Shown: positions 10,579-21,333, counted from the first letter of the stretch. The stretch is 64,000 bases of DNA from an uncultured Actinomycetes bacterium (GCA_903960135.1 CAJBZP010000022.1:771-64770), one strand, 5' to 3'. Translations and numbers: made by a program. The notes: generated by a model from the letters alone, not told the origin.

Positions 10579-12258
10579 CTAGTCGTGCGTCTTGTGAACG
10601 TGACTTCGTGCATGTTCGATCGCGGCCGGGGTGCTTTCGAAGACGTGTTTTTCGTGCGAAAGGTGTTTGTACACTCCCATATTCTGAAAAATACTCACGT
10701 GGTCGGCTTTGATACCTGAGAGCAGAACGGTGATACCCCTGCCCTCTAGAGTCTTGATCGTCTGACCCAGTACTGCGGCCCCTGTTGCGTCCAACGTGTT
10801 CACTCGCGAAAGCCGAAGGATCACGACGCGAACGTCACTGACTTCAGCAACTTCGAGCAAGAAGGTGTGCGCCGCCCCGAAGAATAAGGGTCCGTCGAGG
10901 CGAAATGCGACAACGTGCTCGTTTAAAAGTGCAAGCTCAGCCGCACTGTGGTCACCAGTATCCAAGGGTATTTCATCTACGTGCGCAGACTTTGCAATCT
11001 GTCGCAATGCGTATAGACCGGCAATAACGAGGCCGATGATTACGGCTGTAACCAAGTCGAGCACGACGGTCGCTAGGGCAGTAGCGATTAACACGATGGC
11101 ATCACCGCGGGTAGTTCGTAACAAAGTGCGTAGATTCGAAACTTCCACCATCTGGACGGTGGTCGCGAGCAGGACGCCCGCGAGTGCCGCAAGTGGAATA
11201 TAGGAAACCCATTGCGCGGCCACGAGGATGACCAATAGCAACGCCAACGACTGCGTGATCGCGGCGAGCCTAGATCTCGCGCCGGTGCGCACATTGACCG
11301 CTGTCCGGGCAATTGCGGCAGTAGCCGGAATGCCGCCGAACAAGGGGGACGCGAGGTTAGCGATACCTTGACCGAATAGCTCCCTATTTGAATTGTGACG
11401 TTCACCCACGCTCATTGCGTCGGCGACCGTTGCTGAGAGCAGGCTTTCAAGTGCCGCCAGCGCGGCAACAGCTGCGGCTGGTAGCAGCAGCGCTGAAATC
11501 TGACCCCAGGGGATTGCTGGGATCGAAGGGGTTGGTAGCCCGGTTGGGATGGCTCCGATGGTCGCAACATCTAAGTCGGTGACCACTACGAGGATGGTTG
11601 CCACCGCAACGGCGACGAGTGAAACGGGTAGCCCGGGGCGAAATCGCAGTGCTAGGAGCATGCAGGCGGCGACACCGAATGCGATTAGTACCGGTGCGAG
11701 ATCTGGGTCTGCGAGCCACTGTTGAATTGATGAAAGTGCGATGAGGACGACTTTGTCTCCCACACCTGGATAGCCGAGCGCTGAGGGAACTTGTTGAAGA
11801 GCGATGATGATGGCAATTCCGAGAGTGAAGCCTTCGACGACAGGGAGCGGGATAAATCGCATATAGCGCCCAGCTCCAGCAAGTGCCAAGCCGATCAGCA
11901 TCAAACCGGCGATTAGGCCAACGACGAGCACCCCAGATGGCCCGTAGATCGCGACTATTGGCAGGAGCACCACCGCCATGGCGCCGGTGGGTCCGCTGAC
12001 CTGCAAGTTGCTGCCACCGAAGAATGCGGCGAATAATCCCGCGACGATTGCGGTGATTAGGCCAGGCCCAGCGCCCATCCCGGAAGTAAGGCCGAAAGCA
12101 AGTGCCAGTGGCAGGGCGACGATGGCCACGGTGATACCGGCGAGTACATCGCGCTTGGGATTTCGACGCATGGCCGTGTAGTCACTTCGAGTAGGCAACA
12201 AGGCCCGGGCTCGAGTCGAGATCTCGTGGGTGGCCGAACCAACCCAGTTGACGGTCAA
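10579..12258 (-). CDS. SulP family inorganic anion transporter with C-terminal STAS domain
   Basis: 559 aa with multiple TM helices and a STAS-like tail (VVILRLSRVNTLDATG). 4-nt overlap with the upstream arsR-like gene. Confidence 0.9.
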   Translation of the reverse strand: MTVNWVGSATHEISTRARALLPTRSDYTAMRRNPKRDVLAGITVAIVALPLALAFGLTSGMGAGPGLITAIVAGLFAAFFGGSNLQVSGPTGAMAVVLLPIVAIYGPSGVLVVGLIAGLMLIGLALAGAGRYMRFIPLPVVEGFTLGIAIIIALQQVPSALGYPGVGDKVVLIALSSIQQWLADPDLAPVLIAFGVAACMLLALRFRPGLPVSLVAVAVATILVVVTDLDVATIGAIPTGLPTPSIPAIPWGQISALLLPAAAVAALAALESLLSATVADAMSVGERHNSNRELFGQGIANLASPLFGGIPATAAIARTAVNVRTGARSRLAAITQSLALLLVILVAAQWVSYIPLAALAGVLLATTVQMVEVSNLRTLLRTTRGDAIVLIATALATVVLDLVTAVIIGLVIAGLYALRQIAKSAHVDEIPLDTGDHSAAELALLNEHVVAFRLDGPLFFGAAHTFLLEVAEVSDVRVVILRLSRVNTLDATGAAVLGQTIKTLEGRGITVLLSGIKADHVSIFQNMGVYKHLSHEKHVFESTPAAIEHARSHVHKTHD

Positions 12259-12584
12259 GAAGCCAACACCTTGCCCGCCCCTAATTCGCGCTTGAGCCCA
12301 TCTTGATCGTTGAGGACATCAAGCAGGATTGCGCGAGCTGCGATCAAGAGGTCACGAATCTCCGGCGCGGCGATCGAGTAGAAGACTTCGCCACCGCGAC
12401 GGGCCTGTAACACCAACCCGGTGCGCCTCAGCACGGCCAATTGGTGGGAAAGGTTACTGGGCTCGATTGCGATTTCAACTAGTAACTCGTGTACGGCATG
12501 CTCGCGTTCGGAAAGCAACTCAAGGACCCGGATCCGGGCGGGGTGACCGAGTGTCCGAAAAAAATCGGCTTTGGCTTCGTACAA
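12255..12584 (-). CDS. ArsR/SmtB family transcriptional regulator
   Basis: 109 aa winged-helix protein with LGHPARIRVLELL...ELLVEIAIEPSNLSHQLAVLRRTGLV. Confidence 0.85.
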   Translation of the reverse strand: MYEAKADFFRTLGHPARIRVLELLSEREHAVHELLVEIAIEPSNLSHQLAVLRRTGLVLQARRGGEVFYSIAAPEIRDLLIAARAILLDVLNDQDGLKRELGAGKVLAS

Positions 12585-12645
12585 CGGTTTGGTGATGGCG
12601 ACCTCCAGCGCTGCTACCTACTGCGGGATTCTTACCGTTGACTTT

Positions 12646-12661
12646 AACATGTGAACATGTT
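12646..12661. promoter_or_regulatory. candidate ArsR-type operator palindrome AACATGT-GA-ACATGTT
   Basis: Perfect 7-bp inverted repeat with a 2-nt spacer, 62-77 nt upstream of the arsR-sulP start. Confidence 0.4.
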
Positions 12662-12885
12662 TTCATTTTGCTGGCGCAATTACGGAACGATATGTGGACA
12701 AGGTTGTTGACAAGCATGTGATCCCCGTCACTTCAATGTGCTGGGCTCTCGGGTAATCCTGTTACGAAAATCGATCTATGTCCATTTTGTGCTATTTGGC
12801 AGTGAGAACTACCACCCGCAATTAACGTGACACAACGGCCGGCACCGGGCACGGTAGAGCCTATGAAGTCAGCGCCGAGGGGTGG

Positions 12886-13440
12886 GTGAAAATGCAGGGC
12901 AAGCTGATCGGGTCAACAGTTGTTGCTGTTGCCACCGCCCTTGCGCTGTTGCTTACCGGGCCGGGGGCCGTGGCGGCCGAGGGGCCGGCCGGCGCTGACC
13001 AGGTAGCTCCCGCGCCGCCCGAGCGCAAGCAGGTTGAATTTGCCCTGGCCCAGGGGGAATTCAAGTCAAGTGATCGTCGCGGGGTGCTGGTGAGCCTTTA
13101 TCAAGGTAAGTGGTTTATGCCACGGCGCGAGAAAGTCCGCAAGTGCATAGCCAAGCGTGAGAGCGGCGCGAATTACCGGGCCGTAAGCGCTGGCGGCCGC
13201 TATCGCGGTGCGTACCAGATGAGCCGCCGGCTAGCGGTGGGTGCCTCATGGATGATGCAGCGCGAGGTGCGCAAGGAGTTTGGATCCGAAGGAGTAAAGC
13301 TGGTGAGCGCCTTGCGCAAGAAGCCAACCCAGCAGTGGAACCGATATTGGCAGGACCGGGCTTTTTGGACCATCTGGCGTCATGGCGAAGGCAAAAGCCA
13401 CTGGCGCGGTGGCGGAAAAAAATGCATGAAGCGCCGGTAA
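12886..13440 (+). CDS. secreted lytic transglycosylase-like protein
   Basis: Signal peptide, then CIAKRESGANYRAVSAGGRYRGAYQM, a lysozyme-like transglycosylase motif. ATG preceded by GAGGGGTGGG. Confidence 0.6.
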   Translation: MKMQGKLIGSTVVAVATALALLLTGPGAVAAEGPAGADQVAPAPPERKQVEFALAQGEFKSSDRRGVLVSLYQGKWFMPRREKVRKCIAKRESGANYRAVSAGGRYRGAYQMSRRLAVGASWMMQREVRKEFGSEGVKLVSALRKKPTQQWNRYWQDRAFWTIWRHGEGKSHWRGGGKKCMKRR

Positions 13441-15123
13441 TTACTTCGGCGGCCCAACCGGAATCCGCGCGGAAATTGGGCGCATGGTCTCAGCAAAGAA
13501 ATCATTTCCCAAGTCATCGACGACAACGAAGGCCGGGAAGTCGACAACTTCAATGCGCCAGACGGCTTCCATCCCAAGTTCGGGAAAGTCAAGGACTTCG
13601 ACTTTAGTGATGTTGTCCTGCGCCAAGCGCGCAGCCGGCCCCCCAATTGACCCAAGATAAAAACCGCCGTTGGTCTTACAGGCTTCGGTGACGGCTTTAC
13701 TTCTGTTGCCCTTGGCGAGCATGACGAATGAGCCACCGGCTTTCTGGAATAGATCAACGTAACCATCCATCCGACCGGCGGTGGTTGGCCCGAAGGAACC
13801 CGATGCGTAGCCTGCGGGGGTCTTGGCCGGACCGGCGTAGTAGACGACGTGGTTTCGGAAATACTCAGGCAGCGGTTCGCCTCGGTCCAGCATTGACTTA
13901 ATCCGTGCATGGGCAAGGTCACGAGCGACGATCAAGGATCCGGTAAGTGATACCCGGGTTTTTACGGGTAGCCCATGTAATTGCGCTCGGACCTCATCCA
14001 TCGGTACATCAAGATTTATTCGCACAACTTCATGCTCAAGTGTGGCTTCTTCGATTTCCGGTAAGTAGTGGGCTGGTTCGCGCTCGAGTGCTTCCAGGAA
14101 GACACCTTCGGGGGTGATCTTTGCCAGTGCCTGCCGATCAGCGGAGCAGGAAACGGCAATTGCCACGGGGCACGAGGCGCCATGGCGGGGGAGCCGGATT
14201 ACTCGCACATCGTGGCAGAAGTACTTGCCGCCGAATTGCGCCCCGATACCAAACTCTTGGGTCATCTTCCAAATCACTTGCTCCATTGCCAGATCGCGAA
14301 AGCCATGCCCTGTTGGTGAGCCGTGCACTGGCAAGGAATCGTAATAACGTGCGCTCGCGTATTTTGCGGTCTTGACGGCAAACTCGGCGCTGGTGCCACC
14401 GACGACAACGGCTAAGTGATAGGGCGGGCAGGCGGCGGTGCCGATGCTGCGGAGTTTTTCATCCAAGAAAGTGGCGAATGACTCGGGATTTAGGAGCGCT
14501 GCCGTTTCCTGATACAAAAAACTCTTGTTCGCACTGCCACCACCTTTGGCCATAAAGAGGAATTCGTAGGACTCCTCATGACCAGCATGGTCATTGGCAT
14601 AAATCTCAATCTGGGCCGGCAGGTTGTTTCCGGTATTGCGCTCCTCCCACATCGTGATGGGCGCGAGTTGTGAGTAACGCAGGTTGAGTTTTTGATAGGC
14701 GTCAAAGATACCGGCCGATAGGTGCTCGGCATCTGCACCGGATGTCCAGACGTGTTTGCCGCGTTTGCCCATGACGATCGCGGTGCCGGTGTCCTGGCAC
14801 ATTGGCAAGACGCCGCCGGCCGCGATATTCGCATTCTTGAGCAGGTCCAGTGCAACAAAGCGGTCATTGGGGCTGGCCTCTGGGTCGGTCAAAATCGAAG
14901 CAAGCTGCTCGAGGTGAGCTGGGCGCAGCAGGTGCGAGATGTCTTTGATGGCCTCAAAGGCCAAAAGGCGTAGGGCTGCCGGCTCGACCTGGAGGAAGGT
15001 GCGCCCGCCGGCTGACACGGTGGAAACACCATCGGTGGTAATCAGCCGGTACTTGGTGGTGTCATCGCCGAGGGGCAGGAGGTCTTGGTACTGGAAGTCC
15101 ATGCCCTCAGCGTAGACCTGCAT
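13441..15123 (-). CDS. class I (Fe-S) fumarate hydratase, fused alpha/beta type
   Basis: [19 protein letters not shown] and KGNRS motifs. The track ORF (to 15297) is an antisense-extended version. Likely starts are ATG 15123 or ATG 15102 ([12 protein letters not shown] aligns with the FumA N-terminus). Confidence 0.9.
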   Translation of the reverse strand: MQVYAEGMDFQYQDLLPLGDDTTKYRLITTDGVSTVSAGGRTFLQVEPAALRLLAFEAIKDISHLLRPAHLEQLASILTDPEASPNDRFVALDLLKNANIAAGGVLPMCQDTGTAIVMGKRGKHVWTSGADAEHLSAGIFDAYQKLNLRYSQLAPITMWEERNTGNNLPAQIEIYANDHAGHEESYEFLFMAKGGGSANKSFLYQETAALLNPESFATFLDEKLRSIGTAACPPYHLAVVVGGTSAEFAVKTAKYASARYYDSLPVHGSPTGHGFRDLAMEQVIWKMTQEFGIGAQFGGKYFCHDVRVIRLPRHGASCPVAIAVSCSADRQALAKITPEGVFLEALEREPAHYLPEIEEATLEHEVVRINLDVPMDEVRAQLHGLPVKTRVSLTGSLIVARDLAHARIKSMLDRGEPLPEYFRNHVVYYAGPAKTPAGYASGSFGPTTAGRMDGYVDLFQKAGGSFVMLAKGNRSKAVTEACKTNGGFYLGSIGGPAARLAQDNITKVEVLDFPELGMEAVWRIEVVDFPAFVVVDDLGNDFFAETMRPISARIPVGPPK

Positions 15124-16108
15124 GTCTTGGGGCGGGGTGGTGCTCACACTGCAGTTCGCGGATGGTCCCGCTCTTGCTACGCATGACGATTGAATGGGTG
15201 GTGGGGCCGTCTGGGCCGAAGTGGACCCCGCGCAGGAGATCACCGTCAGTGATGCCAGTGGCGCAGAAGAAAATATTGTCACCGGTAACCAGATCATCAG
15301 TTGTCAGTACCCGGTCTAGGTCGTGCCCGGCAGCAATAGCCTTTTGTCGTTCCTCCGCATCACGTGGCCAAAGGCGGGCCTGGATGGTGCCTCCGAGGCA
15401 GGCCATCGCGCAGGCGGCAATGATGCCTTCGGGGGTGCCCCCGATGCCGGCTAGCAAGTCAACGCCGGTGCCTGGCCGTGCGGCCATAATGGCCCCGGCT
15501 ACGTCGCCGTCGGTAATGAATTTGATGCGGGCGCCAGCTTTACGCACGTTCTCGACAAGTTCTTCGTGTCGGGGGCGATCAAGGATGCAAACGGTCAAGT
15601 CAGCAATGCTTTCGCCCTTACGTGCAGCTATCTGCTCCAGGTTCCAGGCGATTGGTGCGGTGATGTCGATGACATCTGCGCATTGGGGCCCGACTACGAG
15701 TTTTTCCATATAGAAAACCGCACTCGGGTCGTACATGGCCCAGCGCTCCGCGACGGCAATGACGGCGATCGCATTTGGCATCCCCTTTGCCGCAAGAGTG
15801 GTGCCATCGATGGGATCGACGGCCACGTCGGCTTCTGGCCCGGTGCCATCTCCCACCCGCTCGCCGTTGAAGAGCATGGGAGCATCATCTTTTTCGCCTT
15901 CACCGATCACGACAACGCCGTTCATCGACACGCTGCCGATCAGCGAGCGCATGGCGTTAACGGCGGCCGCGTCGGCACCATTTTTGTCACCTCGGCCGAC
16001 CCAGCGCGCAGCCGCGATTGCCGCGGTCTCGGTGACCCGAACTAATTCCAGAGCCAGGTTGCGGTCAGGTACTTCGCCGCCGGCTACAGAGGTATTCGCA
16101 GCGCTCAT
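15107..16108 (-). CDS. glpX: class II fructose-1,6-bisphosphatase
   Basis: Strong GlpX-like sequence ([25 protein letters not shown]). ATG at 16108 follows GGAGG. Confidence 0.9.
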   Translation of the reverse strand: MSAANTSVAGGEVPDRNLALELVRVTETAAIAAARWVGRGDKNGADAAAVNAMRSLIGSVSMNGVVVIGEGEKDDAPMLFNGERVGDGTGPEADVAVDPIDGTTLAAKGMPNAIAVIAVAERWAMYDPSAVFYMEKLVVGPQCADVIDITAPIAWNLEQIAARKGESIADLTVCILDRPRHEELVENVRKAGARIKFITDGDVAGAIMAARPGTGVDLLAGIGGTPEGIIAACAMACLGGTIQARLWPRDAEERQKAIAAGHDLDRVLTTDDLVTGDNIFFCATGITDGDLLRGVHFGPDGPTTHSIVMRSKSGTIRELQCEHHPAPRHAGLR

Positions 16109-16162
16109 CTTGGCCTCCATCGGGGGAGTCTAGCCGCTGGCCGCGGCGCTATCGCGCCTTTA

Positions 16163-16732
16163 GTGTTGATGCAGCATCATTGTCTGGTGACCACACCCCA
16201 GCCGACCGGGCGACCCAATGCCCGAATGCGCCAGAGCGTTGCCGACATGGTGTGGTCCATGGGTTTGGTGCTGGCCCTGATCGGCGTAATTATGCTCGTT
16301 ACCCTCCGGCCGCAACCTGATGCGGTGAAAGTCGTTGACCCAACGCAGGTGTTGATAGCCGCTCGGGCCTTGGCCCCGTTCCCGGTATTGGTGCCCGAGG
16401 GTCTAGACGGATATCAGGTCACGAGCGCGAGGTGGCAGGAGACTGCGAAATCTGGTGGTGCACTCGTGCTGCACCTTGGGTACGTGACCCCGGGCAACCA
16501 GTACTTACAGGTCAGCCAGTCGGCGGCAACTAGCGGCGAGTTCATCGCGGAGCAGACTGCTGGCGGTATTGTGGTTGAGCAAATACGCATCGACGGTGCG
16601 CAGTGGCAATTATATGAAACTGCCGAGCGGATCTCATTAGTGCTGCTTGGTGACGAGGTCATCACGGTGGTTAGCGGTACGGCGACCCGAGAAGAACTCG
16701 AGCAGGTCGTGCGGTCCTTGAAGCCGAACTAG
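16163..16732 (+). CDS. DUF4245-like membrane-anchored protein
   Basis: Single N-terminal TM helix. Divergent from glpX, as in other actinobacteria. Family call is from memory. Confidence 0.55.
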   Translation: MLMQHHCLVTTPQPTGRPNARMRQSVADMVWSMGLVLALIGVIMLVTLRPQPDAVKVVDPTQVLIAARALAPFPVLVPEGLDGYQVTSARWQETAKSGGALVLHLGYVTPGNQYLQVSQSAATSGEFIAEQTAGGIVVEQIRIDGAQWQLYETAERISLVLLGDEVITVVSGTATREELEQVVRSLKPN

Positions 16733-16941
16733 TCGGGGGCCTTTGCCTGCTCTAGTCGGGCTCGGGTGGTGTTGAGCCAGCCCTGGCAAACGGCCGCAAG
16801 TTCTTCACCGCGCTCCCAAAGGGCCAAGGACTCCTCGAGCGTGAGACCACCGGCTTCGAGTTGCTGAACAATCAGCGAGAGTTCATCGCGCGCGGCTTCG
16901 AAACTCGGGTTTTCGACACTTTCTGGTTTCTTGCTGGTCAC
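16729..16941 (-). CDS. xseB: exodeoxyribonuclease VII small subunit
   Basis: 70 aa with FEAARDELSLIVQQLEAGGLTLEESLALWERGEEL. Overlaps the xseA stop. Confidence 0.85.
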   Translation of the reverse strand: MTSKKPESVENPSFEAARDELSLIVQQLEAGGLTLEESLALWERGEELAAVCQGWLNTTRARLEQAKAPD

Positions 16942-18086
16942 GCCTTCTCCTTCATTCGGGTTGCGGCAAAACGCCCCTTGGCTAAGCGAATATCAACTAT
17001 CTGATCGTCTTTTACCTGTGACTCGTCGCGCACGATCGCACCATCACCGGCGAGAACTATCGCGTACCCACGATCTAGAGTCGCAGCCGGCGACAGTGCG
17101 CGAACCTGCGCGGCTAGGTGCGCGATCTGGGCTGCCGACTTTTCGACCAGATGGGTGATAACCGTCGTCATTCTTCTGCGATGATCCTGGATCTTGGTGG
17201 CTTCGCGTTCGAATTGGTTCATCACCGAGACCCGTGCTCGGTTGCGCAGGGCGAGGACGATGGACTCCTGCTCGACAAGTGAAGGCACCACTCGCTTGGC
17301 CGCATCGGTGGGTGTTGATGCGCGTAGATCCGAGACAAAATCCAATAGTGGCGCGTCCTGCTCGTGACCGATAGCGCTAACAATTGGTGTCAAGCAGTTA
17401 CTAACGGCGCGAACTAGACTCTCATTACTGAAAGGTAGAAGATCCTCAACGCTGCCACCGCCACGCGTAATGATGATGACATCAACGTCTGGATCTGCCG
17501 CCAACTGCTCAAGCGCACCGATTACCTCGGGCACGCACTGCACACCCTGCACCGCGACTTCGCGAATCTCGAATTCGATACCGGGCCACCGGTCGTTAGC
17601 GTTCACGGTGACATCGTGCATGGCGGCGCTGCCCCGACCGCAGATCAAGCCAATTTTACGTGGCAAAAATGGAAGGGGCCGCTTTCGCTCTGCCGCGAAG
17701 AGCCCTTCGGCGGCGAGTAGCGTGCGCAGGCGTTCGAGTTGGGCTAGTAGGTCACCGATGCCGACGGCACGGATTTGCTTGGCTCGAAACTGCAGGCTGC
17801 CTTTGCCGGTGTAGTACTCGGGCTGAGCAAACACGATGATGCGCTGCCCGGCGGCTACCGGTGGCTCGACCGCACCGAGCACTTTCGCATCGGCCACGAT
17901 CGTGATCGACATCTCCACATCTGGGTCGCGTAGCGTCAGATAGAACTGCCGCGCGCCAGGGCGTGGCCGGTATTCGGCCACCTGGCCGTCAATCCAGACG
18001 GCCCCGAGACGGCCAACCCATTCGGCAACCGCCCGCGAGACAGTGCGAACTGCCGCCGGTTCCTCTGGCGTGGTCTGCAGTGCCAT
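16938..18086 (-). CDS. xseA: exodeoxyribonuclease VII large subunit
   Basis: 382 aa with an OB-fold N-terminus and ITRGGGSVEDL motif. Confidence 0.9.
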   Translation of the reverse strand: MALQTTPEEPAAVRTVSRAVAEWVGRLGAVWIDGQVAEYRPRPGARQFYLTLRDPDVEMSITIVADAKVLGAVEPPVAAGQRIIVFAQPEYYTGKGSLQFRAKQIRAVGIGDLLAQLERLRTLLAAEGLFAAERKRPLPFLPRKIGLICGRGSAAMHDVTVNANDRWPGIEFEIREVAVQGVQCVPEVIGALEQLAADPDVDVIIITRGGGSVEDLLPFSNESLVRAVSNCLTPIVSAIGHEQDAPLLDFVSDLRASTPTDAAKRVVPSLVEQESIVLALRNRARVSVMNQFEREATKIQDHRRRMTTVITHLVEKSAAQIAHLAAQVRALSPAATLDRGYAIVLAGDGAIVRDESQVKDDQIVDIRLAKGRFAATRMKEKA

Positions 18087-18147
18087 TTGACCTCCTTTGC
18101 CAGCAGCAGCCTAAGCAGGGACCACCAGACGGCCGTACGATGGAGGG

Positions 18148-19122
18148 GTGGACAACCCGACCAAGAAGGTTCTGCTGGCTGAACCACGGGGTTACTGCGC
18201 TGGCGTCGATCGCGCGGTGGTGACCGTCGAGAAGGCTCTTGAGCTCTATGGCGCCCCGGTTTATGTGCGCAAGGAGATCGTTCATAACAAGCATGTCGTC
18301 CAAGATTTGCAAAGTCGCGGCGCCATCTTCGTTGACGAACTAGATGAGGTGCCGGAGGGCTCCACCGTGGTTTTTTCGGCCCACGGCGTGGCACCGATTG
18401 TGCATATGCAAGCCGCTGAACGGGATCTGAAAGCAATTGACGCCACCTGCCCGCTTGTTACCAAGGTGCACGCTGAAGTAAAGCGATTCGCAAATGAAGG
18501 ATTCCAGATCCTCCTGATCGGGCATGCTGACCACGAGGAGGTTGTCGGCACCGCCGGGGAGGCCCCCGAAGTCATTACGGTTGTGCAAGATGTGGCCGAA
18601 GCCGCCACGGTGGAGGTGTCCGACCCATCGAAGTTGATTTGGCTTTCGCAGACCACTTTGTCGGTAGACGAAGCGATGCAGACTGTGGATGTTTTGAAGT
18701 CAAGGTTCCCGAATCTACTCAGCCCGCCAAGTGATGACATCTGCTACGCAACCCAAAATCGCCAAGTAGCCGTCAAAGCAATGGCGGAACAATGTGATGT
18801 TGTCATTGTTGTTGGGTCTGCGAACTCCTCGAATTCGGTGCGCCTTGTCGAAGTCGCGCTTGAAGCTGGCGCCAGCAACTCGTACCGGGTAGACAATGCA
18901 ACCGAATTGCGCGAGGAATGGTTTAACCAAACTGCCACGGTAGGGGTGACCAGCGGGGCATCGGTCCCGGAGCAGCTGGTCGATGAGGTACTGGCTTGGT
19001 TGCAAGTGCGTGGCTACGGTTCGGTCGAAGTAGTTAAGACGGCCGAGGAGACGTTAATTTTCGCGCTGCCGCCGGAGTTGCGGCGGGATATGAAGGCCGC
19101 TGAGCAAGCCAAAGGCAAATAG
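18148..19122 (+). CDS. ispH: 4-hydroxy-3-methylbut-2-enyl diphosphate reductase
   Basis: 324 aa with [26 protein letters not shown] and SSNS motifs. Confidence 0.95.
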   Translation: MDNPTKKVLLAEPRGYCAGVDRAVVTVEKALELYGAPVYVRKEIVHNKHVVQDLQSRGAIFVDELDEVPEGSTVVFSAHGVAPIVHMQAAERDLKAIDATCPLVTKVHAEVKRFANEGFQILLIGHADHEEVVGTAGEAPEVITVVQDVAEAATVEVSDPSKLIWLSQTTLSVDEAMQTVDVLKSRFPNLLSPPSDDICYATQNRQVAVKAMAEQCDVVIVVGSANSSNSVRLVEVALEAGASNSYRVDNATELREEWFNQTATVGVTSGASVPEQLVDEVLAWLQVRGYGSVEVVKTAEETLIFALPPELRRDMKAAEQAKGK

Positions 19123-19126
19123 TCAA

Positions 19127-19891
19127 TCAGCGGCGCTGCGCGCGCACGATCACGATGATCAAGGCGATCAGTGTTGAGCCAATTACCCAGGCCCAGTTAT
19201 CGGCGAGGGTGAAGAACACCGCAACTGCTCGACCGATGAGCGCACCGCCCGTGCTGGTGACACCTATTTGACCGACCGTGATCGCCGCTAAGAAGAACGC
19301 AATGGGTGGTGCAATGACGGCGACAGCCAGATCGCCGGCTCGAACGGTTAATGCCGCGTAGCCACTTGAGATGAGCAGTGCCAGCCCGGTGACCAGCCCA
19401 AGGCCGGCGCCGGCGACGAAGATATCGATGCACCCAAAGAGCAACGTGCTGCCGATAACGATCGCGTATACGCCGATTGGCCGAAGCCCGCGGGTAGGTG
19501 TGGTGTTGGTGGTGTTGGTGGAGTTGGTGAAGGTACGTCGGGCTCTGCGCCCGCGCGGCTCATCAATTGCTACTAGCGCTGGTAAATCGGCATCTGGCGT
19601 GATCGCAATTACCGCAGGTGCGGTGCGACGCGGCGTTGGGGGCAGCAGGCCAGCAAGGGGTGCCGGCGCAACAGGTCGAGCCTCGCCGTCGATGACCTGC
19701 AGGGTGCGCAACTTGCCCACCCGGTCTGAACTGACGGCGGCAATCGCATCGGCCCCCGTGGTGGCCCGGCTACTGCGAAATAGCCGGCCGGTGTCAGCGG
19801 GCTGGCTATTCTTCGCCGGTGGCACATCATCCGGCGGCCGGAACAAGGAGCTGTATGCCTCGTCCTCGGCTGGGTTTGTTTCCTCGCTCAC
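19127..19891 (-). CDS. membrane protein of unknown function
   Basis: 254 aa with a disordered Pro/Ala/Thr-rich N-terminal half and four hydrophobic helices at the C-terminus. Contains a 9-bp coding repeat (NSTNTTNTT). Confidence 0.5.
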   Translation of the reverse strand: MSEETNPAEDEAYSSLFRPPDDVPPAKNSQPADTGRLFRSSRATTGADAIAAVSSDRVGKLRTLQVIDGEARPVAPAPLAGLLPPTPRRTAPAVIAITPDADLPALVAIDEPRGRRARRTFTNSTNTTNTTPTRGLRPIGVYAIVIGSTLLFGCIDIFVAGAGLGLVTGLALLISSGYAALTVRAGDLAVAVIAPPIAFFLAAITVGQIGVTSTGGALIGRAVAVFFTLADNWAWVIGSTLIALIIVIVRAQRR

Positions 19892-19904
19892 GGAAGTACG
19901 GTAC

Positions 19905-21017
19905 TCAACTGGCTAGGTGATTGGTGGTCGCCCGGTCACCGATGAATTCGCGCGCCGTCAAGACCCGCGCCTGCGCGGTGATGGCGGTGGCCTCTGGGAG
20001 CTCATCATCGGTGACACCGCATTCGTTAAATGCCCGAGTCGTGACCAGGACCCGCGTCTCAAGTGAGGCGACCGCTTTGTTGTAGTGCCCAACTGCGGAG
20101 TCCAGTGCGGAACCCACCTTGCTGAAGTGCTGGGCCAAAATGGCGATGCGTGAATGCAGATCGCGCCCAAGCCGAGAGATTTCCTCGGCGTTGGCGGCAA
20201 GGCGTTCGTGGCGCCAGGTCAGCGCGACGGTGCGCATGAGCGCAAACATCGTGGTCGGCGTGGCCGGCACGATATTGCGGCTGAATGCGTAATCCAGCAG
20301 GTCCGGGCGCATTTGCAAGGCGACTTCCAGGAGGGACTCCGACGGTAGGAACAACACCACGAACTCGACGTTCTGTGGCACATGTCGGCGGTAGTCCTTG
20401 CTATTTAGTGAGTCAATGTGGCGGATAACGTCAGTGGCGTGCTGGCCGAGCAGGTGCCTGACGGCGGCATCATCGGTTACTTGTTCGGCTTCTAGGAACG
20501 CCGCCAGTGGCACCTTGGCATCGACCACGATGGACCGATCACCGGCTAGGTGAATGACCATGTCGGGGCGAAGTGCCCCGCCGTCGCCTTGGTGCGTGGA
20601 CTGCTCATCAAAATCGACCCGGTCGAGCATCCCCGCGGCTTCGACTAGACGTCGCAATTGCATCTCACCCCACCGCCCACGGGCTCCGGTGCGACCAAGG
20701 ACCGCTGCGAGCCGCGAGGCCTCGCGCCGCACCTCGTCGGTTGAGCGCTGCAGTGATAGCACGTGCTGGCTCAGCTGTGTGGTCAGTTCCGTGCGCAAGG
20801 TGGCCTGGCCGGTGGTGGCTTCCTGCTGCTGCCGGGCGACCTGATCGGCGAGAGCGCCCAAAGAGGCGGTGACCGGAATCAGGGCCGACGCCCAATCGGC
20901 GGGCGCCGAGCGCCGAGCGGACCTGGCGGCGGCGGCGGCGCCAACCGCGATTCCCAGGGCCAAAACCAAACCGATACCGATGACGACAACTGCCAGTGCG
21001 GGAAGTGATGTATCCAT
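19905..21017 (-). CDS. rmuC: DNA recombination protein RmuC
   Basis: 370 aa with an N-terminal TM helix and coiled coil, then a RmuC nuclease-like domain (RPDMVIHLAGDRSIVVDAK). Confidence 0.85.
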   Translation of the reverse strand: MDTSLPALAVVVIGIGLVLALGIAVGAAAAARSARRSAPADWASALIPVTASLGALADQVARQQQEATTGQATLRTELTTQLSQHVLSLQRSTDEVRREASRLAAVLGRTGARGRWGEMQLRRLVEAAGMLDRVDFDEQSTHQGDGGALRPDMVIHLAGDRSIVVDAKVPLAAFLEAEQVTDDAAVRHLLGQHATDVIRHIDSLNSKDYRRHVPQNVEFVVLFLPSESLLEVALQMRPDLLDYAFSRNIVPATPTTMFALMRTVALTWRHERLAANAEEISRLGRDLHSRIAILAQHFSKVGSALDSAVGHYNKAVASLETRVLVTTRAFNECGVTDDELPEATAITAQARVLTAREFIGDRATTNHLAS

Positions 21018-21078
21018 GGCTCAAGGGTCCCAGCAGGGTCTGACAGTTACCGCCTTCGACACGGTTGCGATCGGTTAA

Positions 21079-21246
21079 CTACTCTTCATTACCCTCAAAG
21101 CAACTACCGTTATAGGCAGAGATATAACCTGAGGGGCTCGAGGTGCCGCCGATTCTGCCGGCACCCGGGCGCACCCACCCAACACTTAGGGCCAACCGGT
21201 CACTTGGTGCCGAGCAAATTGGCGCGGCAACTTCACTCTTCGACAT
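21079..21246 (-). CDS. small-ORF family copy 2 (55 aa, below the ORF-track cutoff)
   Basis: ATG at 21246 follows AAAGGAAATCAA. An in-frame TAA 7 codons upstream fixes the N-terminus. Product is MSKSEVAAPICSAPSDRLALSVGWVRPGAGRIGGTSSPSGYISAYNGSCFEGNEE, about 32/55 identical to copy 3, with mainly synonymous changes in conserved blocks. Confidence 0.65.
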   Translation of the reverse strand: MSKSEVAAPICSAPSDRLALSVGWVRPGAGRIGGTSSPSGYISAYNGSCFEGNEE

Positions 21247-21333
21247 TTGATTTCCTTTACTAAGTTAACCCGCTGCTTGCGGCTATCACCAATGAGAACA
21301 CCGCTAGCACCTAATGGCAATGACCCGACGAGA

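Noticed and set aside
12720-12885. Possible c-di-AMP (ydaO-type) riboswitch upstream of the secreted transglycosylase gene, as is common for actinobacterial cell-wall hydrolases
   Set aside because: I could not find the conserved ydaO core motifs by eye, only a vague GCCGAGGGGTGGGTGAA near the SD. A covariance-model scan is needed before any call.
13380-13922. 180-aa minus-strand ORF overlapping the 3' part of the fumarase gene
   Set aside because: It is an alternative frame of the fumarate hydratase CDS with a Pro/Ser/Arg-rich translation and no independent support.
19490-19530. GGTGTTGGT-type repeat as a non-coding repeat element
   Set aside because: It lies inside the membrane-protein CDS and encodes an Asn/Thr-rich linker (NSTNTTNTT). 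It is ordinary low-complexity coding sequence.
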